A DNA stretch of 64,000 bases from Octopus sinensis. Its lineage: Eukaryota. Where the stretch lies: the NCBI RefSeq assembly GCF_006345805.1, contig NC_042999.1, positions 163,246,001 through 163,310,000 on the forward strand, written 5' to 3'. Under the pieces are notes generated by a model, which saw only the letters and a program-made list of their open reading frames with translations, was not told the origin of the DNA and did no database searches. The position numbers were made by a program, and so were the translations under genes. Positions 62,583-64,000 of this stretch are shown here, in pieces; position 1 is the stretch's first letter; every line of letters begins with the position of its first letter.

Positions 62583-63470
62583 CAGGGTGTTTCAAAACAT
62601 TTGATATCACTTCGCAATCTAATAACTTTGCCAGTCCTTGTTCAAATGACTTCAAACAGGTCAAAATTTTATGTTTAATGTTTGATATGTATATCTTTTC
62701 AGGTATAGAAATGGCATTCACTGGAAGAGAAAAGGCATTTTGTGTGTTGGAGTATACTCAAAATATAATATGCTCGAACACAGTTGAACAAGACTGTGCA
62801 GCATGCATTTGTGAGAGAGTTAGCTAAAAAGTCACCAACAGCAATGCAGAGTTGGACATGGCACAAAAAATTCAAAGAGGAAGGCTGTCTGTGCAGGGCA
62901 AAAGGATCTGGACAACCACTAACATTGGAAGAGATAGTTGAGCGGGTTCACCAAAGACTTTTGTGAAGCCCCAAGTTCCTAAGAAGAACAAGTCTGCAAA
63001 CCCAGATTCCTCCAACAAGAGTTTACCATGTCCTGAGGAAACACTTGCTAGTGAAACCTTACAAGCTGCAGCTCATTCAGGCCATAATGGCAGATGACAA
63101 GCGAGAGTGCAAACAAGGGGTTATGTGAAGGGCCTGGTCTATGTCCCCCCCCCCCATCTTCCTGCCAACCTCGAGGAACTCGAGCAGAGAATCACTACCG
63201 CACTGGAGACTGTTACCCAAGACATGCTGCAGCGTGTTTGGGAAGAGCTGGACTACTGGCTTGACATGTGCCATGTCCCAGGCAGTGTGCAATATTGAAT
63301 ATTTGTGAAATCGTTCATGGAATCCACAGACCTTTGAGTTTCTCATTCAAAATTGGAAAAATGAATCTTATGTTGCTCAACACTAATCCTGTTTAGTCGC
63401 ATTTGCTTTGACTGTGTAGTCTCTGTGATACTTACATCTCAAATGATATCAAAGTTTTTGAAACACCCTG
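62583..63470 (+). mobile_element. Internally deleted Tc1/mariner element (Tc3-like N-terminus)
   Basis: TIRs CAGGGTGTTTCAAAA..TTTGATATCA with TA flanks; 888 bp; fragments WHKKFKEEGCLC...GSGQP and GYVKGLVY...LEELEQRI. Confidence 0.85.
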
Positions 63471-63486
63471 TATGTATGTATGTATG

Positions 63487-63540
<54 letters not shown>

Positions 63541-64000
63541 GATGAATATGGTACTTAAGTTGAGGCACCAGAATTTAGTATGGTATTATCCATACAATTT
63601 CAAAGTAAGGTGATTAAAATCAAAATAATTATACTAATGTGTCCATCTGTTCTAACTTAATTAAATTCTATGTCTTTGTGCAGCTGAAGATTGCTCTAAA
63701 TTTTAAACTGATGTAATGATTGTATTGCTCAATTAAATGGAGTTGCATGAAACGATCGTACCGCATTACCTCTGGATATCCTTGTTGCTTATTTTGATAT
63801 ATATATATATATTCCTCCAATGCAATTTAAAGCCCCAGTTGTGTGACAAATAACTAGTATTTAAAACTTCATGTGTATTTCTATTTAAGTATTGCAATAG
63901 TTAAGAAATCCAGGTTTGAATATTATACAGAGTATATGTAGAAAATGAAATAAAACATGAGAGATTATTTATAAGACATTTAGTTACATCATCTCATGTA

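Overview
Eukaryotic, AT-rich, microsatellite- and transposon-dense genomic DNA. The repeat content looks like a coleoid cephalopod, probably Octopus (inference). One host gene is supported: the last three coding exons of DAW1/WDR69/ODA16 on the minus strand (34117-33945, 28141-27979, 13382-13348). They splice in frame through GT-AG introns of 5.8 and 14.6 kb, and no further exon was found up to 64000. Almost everything else is mobile DNA: two copies of a CR1/L2-type LINE, an apparently intact 4.2-kb Ty3/gypsy element plus a related solo LTR, a CsRn1-clade gypsy with identical LTRs plus a non-autonomous relative, relics of pogo, Tigger, mariner, Tc1, hAT, Helitron, Penelope, RTE and R4-type elements, several SINE families, a 28S rRNA fragment and a 290-bp palindrome. 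The most unusual signals are three. (1) The small gypsy lacks a canonical TGG primer-binding site; instead the 12 nt right after its 5' LTR are the exact reverse complement of the 5' end of tRNA-Phe. (2) The end of that LTR is built like an intron whose acceptor AG comes from this PBS, and the layout recurs in a divergent solo LTR. (3) The LINE ORF2 has no AUG before its endonuclease but opens at a U_UUU_UUA -1 slippery site in ORF1. All alignments were done by eye, and reference sequences were recalled rather than searched.
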